A stretch of DNA of 64,000 nt from Octopus vulgaris (taxonomy: Eukaryota), in NCBI GenBank assembly GCA_951406725.2, contig OX597819.1:49166001-49230000 (forward strand), given 5' to 3'. Positions 43,734 to 54,905 of this stretch are shown here, one piece after another. The position numbers and the translations under genes are program-made. Numbering within the stretch: position 1 is the stretch's first letter; each line of letters begins with the position of its first letter. The notes below the pieces were generated by a model, which was not told where the DNA came from, did no database searches, and was given only the letters and a program-made list of their open reading frames with translations.

Positions 43734-43927
43734 CAGTAATCCCTTATCTATTGCGGGTGAAAATCCACAAAGTAGAAACAGTACTGAATTGTATAGTTAA
43801 AAAATTTTTTTAAATAATTTGTGTATATTTATTTTATTATAAACGCAAAACAACACCATAGAGGAATCAATGTAAGCTTAAATAATAAACTGTAATAGGT
43901 GAACTGCGATACGGCGAGAGATTACTG
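43734..43927. mobile_element. Tigger-type MITE
   Basis: TA|CAGTAATCCCTT...GAGAGATTACTG|TA. Confidence 0.75.
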
Positions 43928-45132
43928 TATGCATAGTTTTAATAAAAGATCAATAGAATTACATCTGCTGATTTCGAAAGTTTTGTACAATTGTCAGATG
44001 CTTTGTGCATTGATAAATGTTTTAATCTATATTTTAACATATTGAGTCTTTTGTATGTTTGAATACTGTTCTTAAACTCTATATTAAGTTAGTCATCTGT
44101 TTGTGTAACTTACCAATGAAACAATAAATAGGGAATAATTACTAATGAGGACAACATTGAAAATGACTCTTTGTATGACAATTTTTCTTGTATAATATTG
44201 AATAGTCATGACAACAAGAATAGTAAAAACATTTAATCAATATTTATCTCATGATGGTGAATAAAGTAAACAAGTTGCAAGGCATTCTTACAGAATCGCT
44301 CTTCTGTTTTTATTATCCAAATATATATTAGATGCTTCCAGTGTATACAAAATAACAGGAGACCTGCAGGCTGTTCAATATTATATCAAAACAGGTAGAA
44401 AAAATAAACATATAATAGTTTGTTTAATTTCTATTTTAATACCCATTTGACATTAACCCACCTGAGACTGACTTTGTTTCTAACATACAAAACATCTAAA
44501 TTCAAAGTGTTTATATTTAAATTGATACATTCCATCATAATTTTGTATAAGATCCTTCTGTTAGGTATGTCACAACAGCATGATGATGATGATGATGATG
44601 ATGATGAAGGTGACGCCGCCACGAGGATGATGATCTTTCTCTCCTTCCTCCCCTTTCTCTTTCTCAGCCAAAGCCCTCAACAAATTCTTTCCAAGTCATC
44701 CTGTCTCAAGGAATTCTTTCTAACAACTTTTTGTTGTTTCCGTCTTGCTTGGCTTGAAGTTTGCTGAAGTGATTCTTTTTGTCCTGTTGGCTCTCAGGAA
44801 ATTAGAACAACCCTCTTTCCCTATCCTCTCCATATATCAGCAGACAGTACTGATGCTGCTCATTCTGTGTACAGTGGCTTCACCTTCTTTATATCTTGAG
44901 GTCAGAGGTTGTTCCAGTTGTCAACAGGTTTTGCCTAGAAGATATCATCAATCTCTGTGACAGAGAATATCTCTGACTCAAGACAGATGTTTATGTAGCA
45001 AGAAATATCATTATGTGACATGGTTGGTAACCCAACACTGGTGGTTTTCAACCAAATATGTTTTCAACCAGCCCTCCCTATTTTGAGATCAAATCATGCT
45101 AAAGTTAGCTTTGCCTTTCATCCCCTCTAATA

Positions 45133-45402
45133 TCAACTCGACTTGCATCCAGTTCTCATCAGTATACTGTGCAACTTCCTAAGTGTCATAAAGCACTTTA
45201 TAGCACCAGCTTCTTCCCTTGCACCTTTGAACTTTGGAATTTCCTTCCACAGTTTTGTGCTTCTCTTCAATATGACCTCGTGTCTTTTAAGTCTAATGTA
45301 CATTGTCACCTGTTGACTTCTGTCTAGCGTTAATTTTATTCTAGTAGCTCTTACGTTTTCAGTGGTCTAAGGACCTTGTAATGAGTGAATGCTTTAAAAA
45401 AA

Positions 45403-45403
<1 letters not shown>
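45133..45403 (+). mobile_element. CR1/Jockey-group LINE 3' end with A-tail
   Basis: STRLASSSHQYTVQLPKCHKALYSTSFFPCTFELWNFLP...YDLVSFKSNVHCHLL* (SFFPRT..LWN.LP motif), followed by a short UTR and an A-run. Confidence 0.85.
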
Positions 45404-45446
<43 letters not shown>

Positions 45447-46034
45447 ACATGCATGCACACACATGTACACACATCATCATCATCGTCATCATTATTTTAA
45501 TGTCCACTTTTCCATGCTTGCTTATACATAGCCACTGTTGCTACTGTTGGACAATTTTCATTTGTCACTGATCCATTTCTATGTTATTTTTACTCTGTAC
45601 ATCTGTAAGAGATATTATCTCAGGATGGATACCTCAGTTAACTTGGCTTTCCATGATGTATCTGCATTAAGTATGATACACAAATTGATGCATGTATACA
45701 TACATACATACGTACGTACGTACATATTCATATGTATGTATATACTTTGTGTTTATGTGCATGTATATTTTAGGGTGTGTATATATGCTTATGTATTACA
45801 TACACACACACACACACACACACACTGAGATAGCAGAATCACTGAAGCATTGGGTAAAATGCCTTACAATACTCATCCCTTTGGCATTAATAGATAAATG
45901 ATGTACAAGTTGATATTACTTTCTCTCTCTCTCTCTTTCCACTTTCTCTTTCTCTGGAAGAAGTCAACTATGATTAGACCTGGAGAGGAATGGGCTCCAC
46001 TGTGTCTAGATGCTTGAAACATGCTATACACCCA

Positions 46035-46081
<47 letters not shown>

Positions 46082-46097
46082 GTATGTATATAAATAT

Positions 46098-46130
<33 letters not shown>

Positions 46131-46131
<1 letters not shown>

Positions 46132-46436
46132 GTGGAGGCGCAATGGCCCAGTGGTTAGGGCAGTGGACTCGCAGTCGGAGGATTGTGGTTTCAATTCCCA
46201 GAACGGGCGTTGTGTGTGTTTATTGAGTGAAAACAAGGCTCAGGCAGGGGGTGTTGGCGACCCCGGTTGTACTATTTTGCCCCAACTTTCTCTCACTCTT
46301 TCTTCCTGTTTCTTGAGTAACGCTGCAATGGAATGGCGTCCTGTCCAGCTTGGGTGAACACATACACCACAGAAACCAGGAAACCAGGCCCAAGAGACTG
46401 GCTAGGCTTGAAAAGGGTGCATAAAAGAATAAATAA
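46131..46436 (+). mobile_element. tRNA-derived SINE family C
   Basis: GGAGGCGCAATGGCCCAGTGGTTAGG...GGTTTCAATTCCC head; inserted in (TA)n. Confidence 0.8.
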
Positions 46437-46455
46437 ATATATATATATATATATA

Positions 46456-46649
46456 TTGGTAAAAATGGTAAGATAGCAAAAGAAAGAAAGAGACCTCAAT
46501 ATCATGTAAATAGAGGAAATTTATCTGTAAAATAATGTGACAATTATTCAATAGCCAAGATAAAACTCTGAGTTTTGGATGCCGAGGTGGAAATCCACAA
46601 CACCCTGTGTTTATCTTGGCTATTGAATAATTGTCACATACTATTTTAC

Positions 46650-46654
<5 letters not shown>
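46456..46654 (-). mobile_element. Penelope-like pLTR remnant with short inverted arm (sibling of 53989-54429, no U2)
   Basis: Shares GTGACAATTATTC..TAGCCA.GATAAAACTC.GAGTTTTGGATGCCGAGGTGGAAATCCA and the TTGGTA.AAATGGTAAGA terminus with the 54-kb element. Internal inverted repeat at 46522-46564 / 46610-46654; embedded in (TA)n. Confidence 0.75.
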
Positions 46655-46685
<31 letters not shown>

Positions 46686-47420
46686 AGGCCAGTGCTGTCT
46701 TGATGTAGGTGCTATAAGTACTGCAATATTGGGGTCCAGTGAGCCTATGGATCCATTGATAAAACCAAACTATACATCAATAGGAACGGGTGGGGGGGGC
46801 ACTGCTTTGATAAATCACCTGAGCTCAGAAGCCAGCATATGATGTGTGTCTGTGTGTGTGTATACACACATGCATACAGCATAATATATAACACGAACAC
46901 ATATCATAATCTAAGTGCAACAAAATACATAGAAATATATATAAATATATATTTTACATATTGCATACATTGTTTGATATAACGCTATAATGCTTAATAC
47001 ACTGAGTAGAGTGGATAGATATAGCTATCCAATAACATTACACTGCTTTGTTTTGTGGCTATTTAAGCAATGAGTTCATGAATGATTGAAGGGTTAGATG
47101 GGTGCTGGTGAAGGAGGAAAATCTTCTGGAATATGTCACATACGTCCATTACCTATTTTTCATCTTTGATCTCATTGTTTGTTTACATCAGGCAATTCAG
47201 CTATGAAATGTCATAACAAAATCAGTGCTGGCTATAATTTCTAAAGTATATCTGTAGAAATAACCTTAATGAGCGACACAGTAGCACTGCTAACACAGAA
47301 GAACACAGTAGTGAACTTATGAAAATGTTTAATATACTCTGTAGTATATTATTGTTGCATAACAAAATATTGTGTTCCTACAAGTCATTCATTTCAATAT
47401 AATATATCTAATGCTATTTA

Positions 47421-47636
47421 TAGTTAATCCAAACATGAACAAAGAGAAAACACAACAACACAAGGACGTAGAACAAGTATAGTGTTATTGGACGCTCAGG
47501 AAAGGAAAGAAAGAAGGAGGATTTAACGTTTTGAGCAGAGCTCTTCGTCAGAAACATAGAAAAAGGAAGAGTCCAAGGAAGGGAAAACGGAGAAAGAAAA
47601 TCGCCAACGATACACATGTGGTCACATATTGAAATG
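47421..47636 (-). mobile_element. Second hammerhead-bearing (Penelope/retrozyme-like) short element
   Basis: Minus strand 47555-47521 reads GTTT-CTGACGA-A-GAGC-TCT-GCTC-AAAA-C-GTT-AAAT, a minimal type I hammerhead layout with palindromic AACGTT helix III. Element boundaries are approximate. Confidence 0.5.
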
Positions 47637-47812
47637 ATCGGAAGGGAATGGGTGTGTTGGTATAGGTGAAAATGGTGGCGACAAAAAGAGAAAAGTGAAA
47701 GTAGAAAGAAAGAAGAAAGGTAAAAAGAGGACAAGAAAAAAGAGGATGAGAAAAAGTTATATATATATAGGTATATGCAAATGTAAAAAAGTAATATGTA
47801 TTTTATTTCCAA

Positions 47813-48184
47813 CTAGCACTATGACCTGGCAACGCCAGGTCATAGTGCTAGTGCATGCATATACAGCTATGTGCGTGCGCACACACATGCGAGTACTGTC
47901 CAAATCTCTGACCAATCACATAAAGCTAGCTGGTATTCAATTGGTGCATCAAGTTTCAGGCATTTTGATTGGGTTTTGGATAGAAAATTCACAAAAAAGT
48001 CACTTCTTCTGATTTTTTAATGGCTTTGCAGGGTGACTGGGGAAATATAAAGATGTGCACGACTACCCTTGGATGGTTTTGAATGACCATAGAAAGTGCG
48101 AGCTCTCTAACTGAAAAATTGTGAATTTGTATAAAGGATACACACACACACAAACAGACATTTTGCCATTTATATATAGAGAGA
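47813..48184 (-). mobile_element. Non-autonomous Helitron
   Basis: Minus strand begins A|TCTCTCTATATATAAATGG and ends ...CTAG|T, with a terminal hairpin at 47812-47852 and no TSD. Confidence 0.75.
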
Positions 48185-48729
48185 TTTTTGTAACTTTATT
48201 CAATATCGCAATATTTCAATGAAACAGAATAACATTTATTCCATATGTAAAGCAACAGGCAATACACTACTTATATAAAATTCTCCATACAGCTAAACTC
48301 CATGGCATTTCCTTCCCACATATAACAATAGATAATGATTATTGTACCAGACTATGACAATAATATTTGCTCCAATGATACCAAATTGATGCTACCAGAG
48401 AATGTCCAATTCTTCACGCAAAAAATTACAATGTCAGTTGTCAGTAAGCAAGATATAGTTTCTATATTAATACAAAATTCAGATTTTCAAATCGAACTAT
48501 GTTCTAATTCACTACACATGTTTAAATTGCTTGTGAGACATCCTGCTGCATGGCTGTTGTACCTTAGTCGATATGTTTACATTTGTGTTGGAGTTTATTT
48601 TAATTTTAGTTCAAATAATCTGAGTATATGTTGATTCAATATGTGTAATATATTGATCTCTTTCTGTTTGAAGAATACACACCAACATACATGTATATAC
48701 TTATAAATATTTGCGTGTTTGTGAATATA

Positions 48730-48829
<100 letters not shown>

Positions 48830-48875
48830 CATATATATTGAAGATCATCTGAGTAATAACCTCATAGCATGCAGC

Positions 48876-48928
<53 letters not shown>

Positions 48929-49035
48929 TGTCTGTATGTATATGTATGTATATAATATACATTACATCAAAGAGAAGTGTATTGGTTTCAATATACTATA
49001 CCTGTACATTTTGAATCAATGTATAAACTGCAATA

Positions 49036-49073
<38 letters not shown>

Positions 49074-49149
49074 ACACACACACACATGCACATACATACA
49101 CATCTATATGTGTATATATACATATACACCCACCCCATATACAATAACT

Positions 49150-49180
<31 letters not shown>

Positions 49181-49790
49181 CACAAGGTGAACTTAAACAC
49201 AAAGCCATACCTCTGTGTATATGTATATTTGAAACAAACAAAAAAAGGGGAAGAGAAGAGGTAAGAGAGCTAGAGAGAGACAGACAGACAGAAAAGAGGA
49301 AGAAAATGTGAGTACATATCTGTGTCACAGAGAAAGATAGAGAAAGAGAGGTGGGGTAAGGGTAATAGGGAAGTAAGCAGTAATAGTGAAGTGGTTTTAG
49401 CTGCCAAACAGGCGGATGAATGGCATGGGAAAATGAATTTTATGTTGATACTTGTGAATTTTTAATACAAACTGATGTATGTTGCTGTTAGCACTTGATC
49501 AGTAATGAATGAGCAGATCTGCAATCCAGACCATCCATTCCAAGACCAAAACTATCTATTACCTAATGTTCATTCAATGTGGCTCCCGTTTTAAAAAAAA
49601 AATTGTAATGAGTGAGCTGGCAGAATCATTAGCACACCTGATGAAATGCATAGCGCTATTTCATCTGCTGTTGCATTCTGAGTTCAAATTACGCTGAGGT
49701 TGACTTTTCCTTTCATTCTTTCAGGGTCGATTAAATAAGTACCAATTACACACAGGTGTCAATGTAATCAACTTAATCCCTTTGTTTTAT

Positions 49791-49956
49791 AGGCATAGGA
49801 GTGGCTGTGTCATAAGTAGCTTGCTTACCAACCACATGGTTCCGGGTTCAGTCCAAATGCATGGCAACTTAGGCAAGTGTCTTCTGTTATAGCCTCAGGC
49901 CAACCAAAGCCTTGTGAGTGGATTTGGTAGACGGAAACTGAAAGAAGCCTGTCGTA

Positions 49957-49996
<40 letters not shown>

Positions 49997-50222
49997 AATA
50001 TGTGTTTCTGTGTCTGTGTTTGTCCCCCCAACATCGCTTGACAACCAATGCTGGTGTGTTTACGTCCTCGTAACATTAGCAGTTCAGCAAAAGAGACTGA
50101 TAGAATAAGTACTAGGCTTACAAAGAATAAGTCCTGGGGTCGATTTGCTCGACTAAAGGCGGTGCTCCAGCATGGCCACAGTCAAATGACTGAAACAAGT
50201 AAAAAGAATAAAAAAAAAGAGT
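49791..50222 (+). mobile_element. SINE family A
   Basis: Full length, collinear with 10042-10433. Confidence 0.9.
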
Positions 50223-51184
50223 GATTTGAAGAAGATTTGGTAGCTAGATCTAGTAGGTTGCATGAATAGATAAATATTCTCTCATTAGCCTACAAATTAT
50301 TAATTTAGTATAGTATATAATTAAAAAAGAAGACAAATCATAAGATGCTCAATCAGTTAAGAGAAGAATGTCAAGCTATCAAATCTAGGAAGTAAATTGA
50401 GAGATCATACTGGTTTTACATTTTGGCACAAGGCCAGCAATTTGGGGGGAGGGGATAAGTTGATTACATTAAACCCTGTGCTCTACTGGTACCTATTTTA
50501 TTGACCCCAGAAGGATGAAAGACAAAGTCAACCCTGGTGGAATTTGAACTCAGAATGTAAAGACAAATGAAAAGCCACTGTTTTAACCAGCATGCTAACA
50601 GTTCTGTCATCTAGCTGCCTTCAGTTGAGAGATTATATTGATAAGCAGTGATAGTCTTTATCTAGAATGTCTCCTTGGATGGACACAGACATGGAAGAGT
50701 GGCTAAGAAGCTTGCTTTACAATAATAATAAGATACCACTGAGTGGTATCGTAAGCAAGTGTCTTTTATTGTTTGCCCTGGTCAGTCTGAGCCTTGTGAA
50801 TGAAACTGGAGAAACAGAAACCATGGAAACCAGTTGGACAGATTGCATTTATAATTTAAAGCAGTAGTTCTTAGCGGTTCAACATAAGCGACTGATAAAA
50901 TAAGTACTATGCTTACAAAGAATAAGTCCTAGGGTCGATTTGCTCAACTAAAGGCGGTGCTCCAGCATGGTCACAGTCATATGACTGAAACAAGTAAAAG
51001 AGTATATATAAATATATATATATATATATGGTTACATACATATATTGGTCAGTATACCAATGTACAACTAACCAGCACAGCATGCTAAGGAGATCTCAGT
51101 ATATCTGGTCGGATATTTTCCTACACCAAGCACCTGAAGTGATACAGCCTGCACTGATAGATGCAATGCAACAAGAGGCACATA

Positions 51185-51426
51185 AGGCGACGAGCTGGCA
51201 GAAACGTTAGCATGTCGGGCGAAATGCTTAGTGGTATTTCGTCTGCCGCTACGTTCTGAGTTCAAATTTCACCGAGGTTGACTTTGCCTTTCATCCTTTC
51301 GGAGTCGATAAAATTAAATACCAGTTATGCACTGGGGTCAATATATAATCGACTTAATCCGTTTGTCTGTCTTTGTTTGTCCCTTCTGTGTGTAGCCCCT
51401 TGTGGGCAGTCAAGAAATAAGAAATA
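51185..51426 (+). mobile_element. tRNA-derived SINE family B with TSD
   Basis: GGCGACGAGCTGGCAGAAACGTTAGC...GAGTTCAAATT...GACTTTGCCTTTCATCC...AAGAAATAAG; TSD AAGAGGCACAT. More than 20 copies in the window, e.g. 9281-9516, 21956-22160, 34288-34502, 52650-52882, 52910-53125. Confidence 0.9.
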
Positions 51427-52352
51427 AGAGGCACATTATCCTATGGGACAAATGCAGGATGTGTCAAAATGACCATCTTGCTGAACAAAGATTCATACTA
51501 AATCAGTCTTCTGTTTCTTTTATCAGCTGTAAACTCAACAAACACTGCGAAGTTCCTGACATAGATCCTGCGAAAATTATATTGTTACTGTGGATGACAC
51601 CAGGTAGCCCAAACGGTGAATGTGCTTTGACATACTAATAGACATATACCCAAAGTCCAAACAGTTACATATATATGTAGACAAAAGACAACTTACAATA
51701 AAAGATAAAATCAAAGAATAATTTATTTTACACATACCCATTAAAGGAGATGACATTCCACAAATGATTCAGAATGGATATAATATATCCTATGATTCAT
51801 TGTTGTAGCTATTTGTTAAAGATTCCTTAACATTTAAGTTCAGATTTACTTGCATTCCTTCAAGCCCAAATTCCATAATCAAGGTGTGGTTGCACAATGT
51901 AGAACAACTGAGTAATAATTGCATCTACAATAGGGAAATGGCTACATAACTTTTATACAGAAAAACGATAGCTTTTGAAACTGTTAGGATGACTAGATAT
52001 GAAAATGTTTCCCCTTCACTTTGTTTGGTCAAAATTTGCAGCTAAGGAAGAACGGAATTAGCTATGTTAGTTCTCCAGTTCTTCGTGCACTTTTATTTAT
52101 ACGCAGTGAATAAACATTGACATCATGCTTGAGGCATGGTTAACATTGGTGTCAAGTAATCAGTAGTTGGTCTTATTAGTATTTAAGACACGTTTCTTAG
52201 AATTCTGATATGTGACAGACATATTTCATTAACTATATGCTTGCTTAAGATTCACATAATCACTTGTATAGAATTATGCGATTATGTGAAGCTGTTTCTG
52301 AAAGATTTACACTGACAATTTGAAATGCGTGTGCATACACATACACATACAC

Positions 52353-52436
<84 letters not shown>

Positions 52437-53131
52437 TTCATTATGTGTCTATATTTTGTTTACTTCTTAAATAATTCTTTTAGAGTTTTCTTTTAAAAGT
52501 ATGGCCAGAAATTAATGAAATTTAATCAAATGTTAGAAATTCTATAAATTTTAGAAATTATTTCTCTTACTTTTAATATTTCATTTTCTAGATTATTCTG
52601 CAGTTACACTGTTGCATAGTCAGTAAAATTAGCAGTAGTGGTAGTAGTAAGCAGTGAGCTGGCAGAAACGTTAGCATGAAGGGCGAAATGCTTAGTGGTA
52701 TTTCGTCTGCTGCTATGTTCTGTGTTCAAATTCCACCAAGGCCGACTTTGCCTTTCATCCTTTTGGGGTCGATAAATTAAGTACCAGTTACGCACTGGGG
52801 TCGATGTAATCGACTTAATCCATTTGTCTGTCCTTGTTTGTCCCCTCTATGTTTAGCCCCTTGTGGGCAATAAAGAAATAAGTAGTAGTAGTAGTAGTAG
52901 TAGTAATAATCCTTTCTACTAAAGGCACAAGACCTGCAATTTTTGGGCAGGGAACTAGTTGATTACATCAACCCCAGTGTTTCACCGGTACTTAATTTAT
53001 CAATCTCAAAAGGATGAAAAGCAAAGTCGACCTTGGTGGAATTTGAACTCAGAATGTAGCGATGGGTGAAATGCTGCTAAACATTTTGCTTGTCGTGCAA
53101 ATGATTCTGTCAGCTCGCCACCTTAATGCTG

Positions 53132-53174
<43 letters not shown>

Positions 53175-53661
53175 CAACAACAATAACAACAATAATAATA
53201 ATAGTAATAATAATAACAACGATAAGTACCATCCTATATTTGGCAAGAATCCAAAGAAAAATTCTTGAGATTTGAGGGGACTTCCCCGTTGAAATTGCTT
53301 CAGGTAAAAAAATTTTTTTATCCTTATTCAAACCGATCTTTACTAGATTTATTTCCCTTAAAAATTGATTCTTTGCTTTTCTCTTATTACATGTAGGCAG
53401 AAATCAGGATGGTGAACTGTTAAGGGGTGAAAAACTGAAAAAAAAGCTTGAAAGTTACATGTGCAAGTATGGCTACTGTGGTTAAGATACTTGCTTTGAA
53501 ACCTTATGGTTTCAGTTCAGTCCCACGGTGCTGCACCTTGGACAGATGCCTTCCATTACAACCCCCAAGTCAACTAATGCTCTGTGAACTTGGTTGACAG
53601 AAAATGTGTGGAAGCACCTTGTGTGTGTGTGTAAGTGTGTGTGTGTTTATATATATATATA

Positions 53662-53962
53662 TCACTGTGACTGACCAGGCTATCAGATGTTGCTACACAT
53701 CGCTGGTCACAATGCGCTTCACATTGTTTTAGCCTTCAAATGATGCCACCCTGCTGGCTAAGTGAGCAGGCCAACAGAAGAAAGAGTGAGAGAAGGTTGT
53801 GGCAAAAGAGTACAGCAGGGATCGCCACATCCCCCCTGCTGGAGCCTCATAGAGCTTTAGGTGTTTTCGCTCAATAAACACTCATAATGCCCGGTCTGGG
53901 AATCGAAATCGCGATCCTACAACCACGAGTCTGCTCCCCTAACCACTAGGTCATTGCGCCTC

Positions 53963-53966
<4 letters not shown>
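53662..53966 (-). mobile_element. SINE family C with a different 3' tail
   Basis: Same head and body as 46131 up to CTCTCACTCTTTCTTC, then an unrelated tail. Confidence 0.8.
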
Positions 53967-53993
<27 letters not shown>

Positions 53994-54028
53994 GCAAAAG
54001 TAATATGTGACAATTATTCGGTAGCCAT

Positions 54029-54089
54029 GATAAAACTCCAAGTTTTGGATGACGAGGTGGAAATCCATGCCACCATCTCTTCAGTTATC
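54029..54089 (-). ncRNA. Hammerhead-like motif in the inverted left arm
   Basis: Minus strand reads GATAA-CTGAAGA-GATGGTG...CGTCATC-C-AAAA-CTTGGAG-TT-TTATC. Confidence 0.55.
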
Positions 54090-54100
54090 CAACCATCAGA

Positions 54101-54258
54101 TGTAGCATCTGTTCTTATCAGCTTAATATCTGATACGGTCCCTATTTGGGACCATCGATATTAAACTGATTTTTAGAATGAGGCGAAGAGTTAGGGGCTT
54201 GCTCTGCCTTTGCTATGGGTTGGCCTGGTATAGCAGTACTTCCAGGATTCCGCCCACC
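54101..54258 (+). pseudogene. U2: U2 snRNA copy lacking the first ~31 nt
   Basis: TGTAGCATCTGTTCTTATCAGCTTAATATCTGATACG matches U2 from nt ~32 (canonical TGTAGTATCTGTTCTTATCAGTTTAATATCTGATACG). Also present: stem IIb GGTCCC-tattt-GGGACC, Sm-like GATTTTTAG, stem III loop GGGGCTTGCTCT, stem IV CCTGG-TATAGCAGTACTT-CCAGG. Branch-point pairing GTAGTA is changed to GTAGCA and loop IV TTGCAG to TAGCAG. Confidence 0.93.
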
Positions 54259-54284
54259 ATAATGAGGCATTTTTCCGATGGCCA

Positions 54285-54345
54285 GATAACTGAAGAAATG
54301 GCGGCATGGATTTCCATCTCGGCATCCAAAACTCGGAGTTTTATC
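54285..54345 (+). ncRNA. Type I hammerhead-ribozyme-like motif (GAAA core reads AAAA)
   Basis: GATAA-CTGAAGA-[helix II ...TGGATTTCCA...CATCC]-AAAA-CTC-G-GAG-TT-TTATC. Helix I is GATAA/TTATC, the core is CUGANGA, helix III is minimal, and the cleavage triplet is GUU. Confidence 0.6.
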
Positions 54346-54487
54346 ATGGCTACTGAATAATTGTCACATATTACATTTACAGATAAATTCCTCTCTTTCT
54401 TTCTTTTGTTGTCTTACCATTTATACCAATATATATATAAATATATATAAATATATATTGTATTATATTTTATAGACATGTATATAT

Positions 54488-54828
54488 ATGAGGTGGCCCC
54501 TTTTGATCATAAAAGACTATGGGATTGCACCTAGAAAGTTACTCTCTGAGGCACAAGTCTGGGCAAGGTTGCTTATGGAAGGCCAGTAGTTTCCCATGCA
54601 TATCAGCCTCCCCTCCACACACCACTGATGTTATCCAAGGGAAAGGCAAAGGCCAATGCAGCTTGGCACCAGTGATGTTTCAACTCATTTCTACAGCTGA
54701 GTGAACTGGAACAACGTGAAATAAAGTGTCTTGCTCAAGAACACAACACGCAGCCCGGTTCAGGAATTGAACTCACAACCTCATGATCGTAAGCTCGACA
54801 CTCTAACCACTGAGCCATGCATCTTCAC

Positions 54829-54830
<2 letters not shown>
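54488..54830 (-). mobile_element. tRNA-derived SINE family D
   Basis: TGGCTCAGTGGTTAGAG...GAGTTCAATTCC...GTGTTCTTGAGCAAGACACT. A related copy with another tail lies at 18048-18360 (-). Confidence 0.8.

Positions 54831-54905
<75 letters not shown>

Larger units (their letters stand above)
53989..54429 (+). mobile_element. Penelope-like pLTR remnant with inverted arms enclosing the U2 fragment
   Basis: Left arm 53989-54100 is the reverse complement of right arm 54274-54385 (about 10 mismatches over the 101-bp core by hand count). The right arm has an extra ~45-bp tail ending ...TTACCATTTATACCAA, and the element is flanked by (TA)n. A sibling sits at 46456-46654. The Penelope assignment is inferred from this architecture plus the hammerhead motif. 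Confidence 0.7.

Noticed and set aside
44640-44960. Possible decayed RTE 3' end on the minus strand
   Set aside because: Too degenerate to support with motifs.
46131-46210. tRNA gene
   Set aside because: Only A/B boxes are present and it continues into a SINE body; the same holds for the other SINE heads.
54101-54258. Functional U2 snRNA gene
   Set aside because: It lacks stem I and the U6-pairing 5' end, has branch-site and loop IV substitutions, and the upstream DNA is a repeat arm rather than an snRNA promoter.
54178-54360. 60-aa ORF across U2 and the right arm
   Set aside because: Incidental frame over non-coding RNA-derived sequence.
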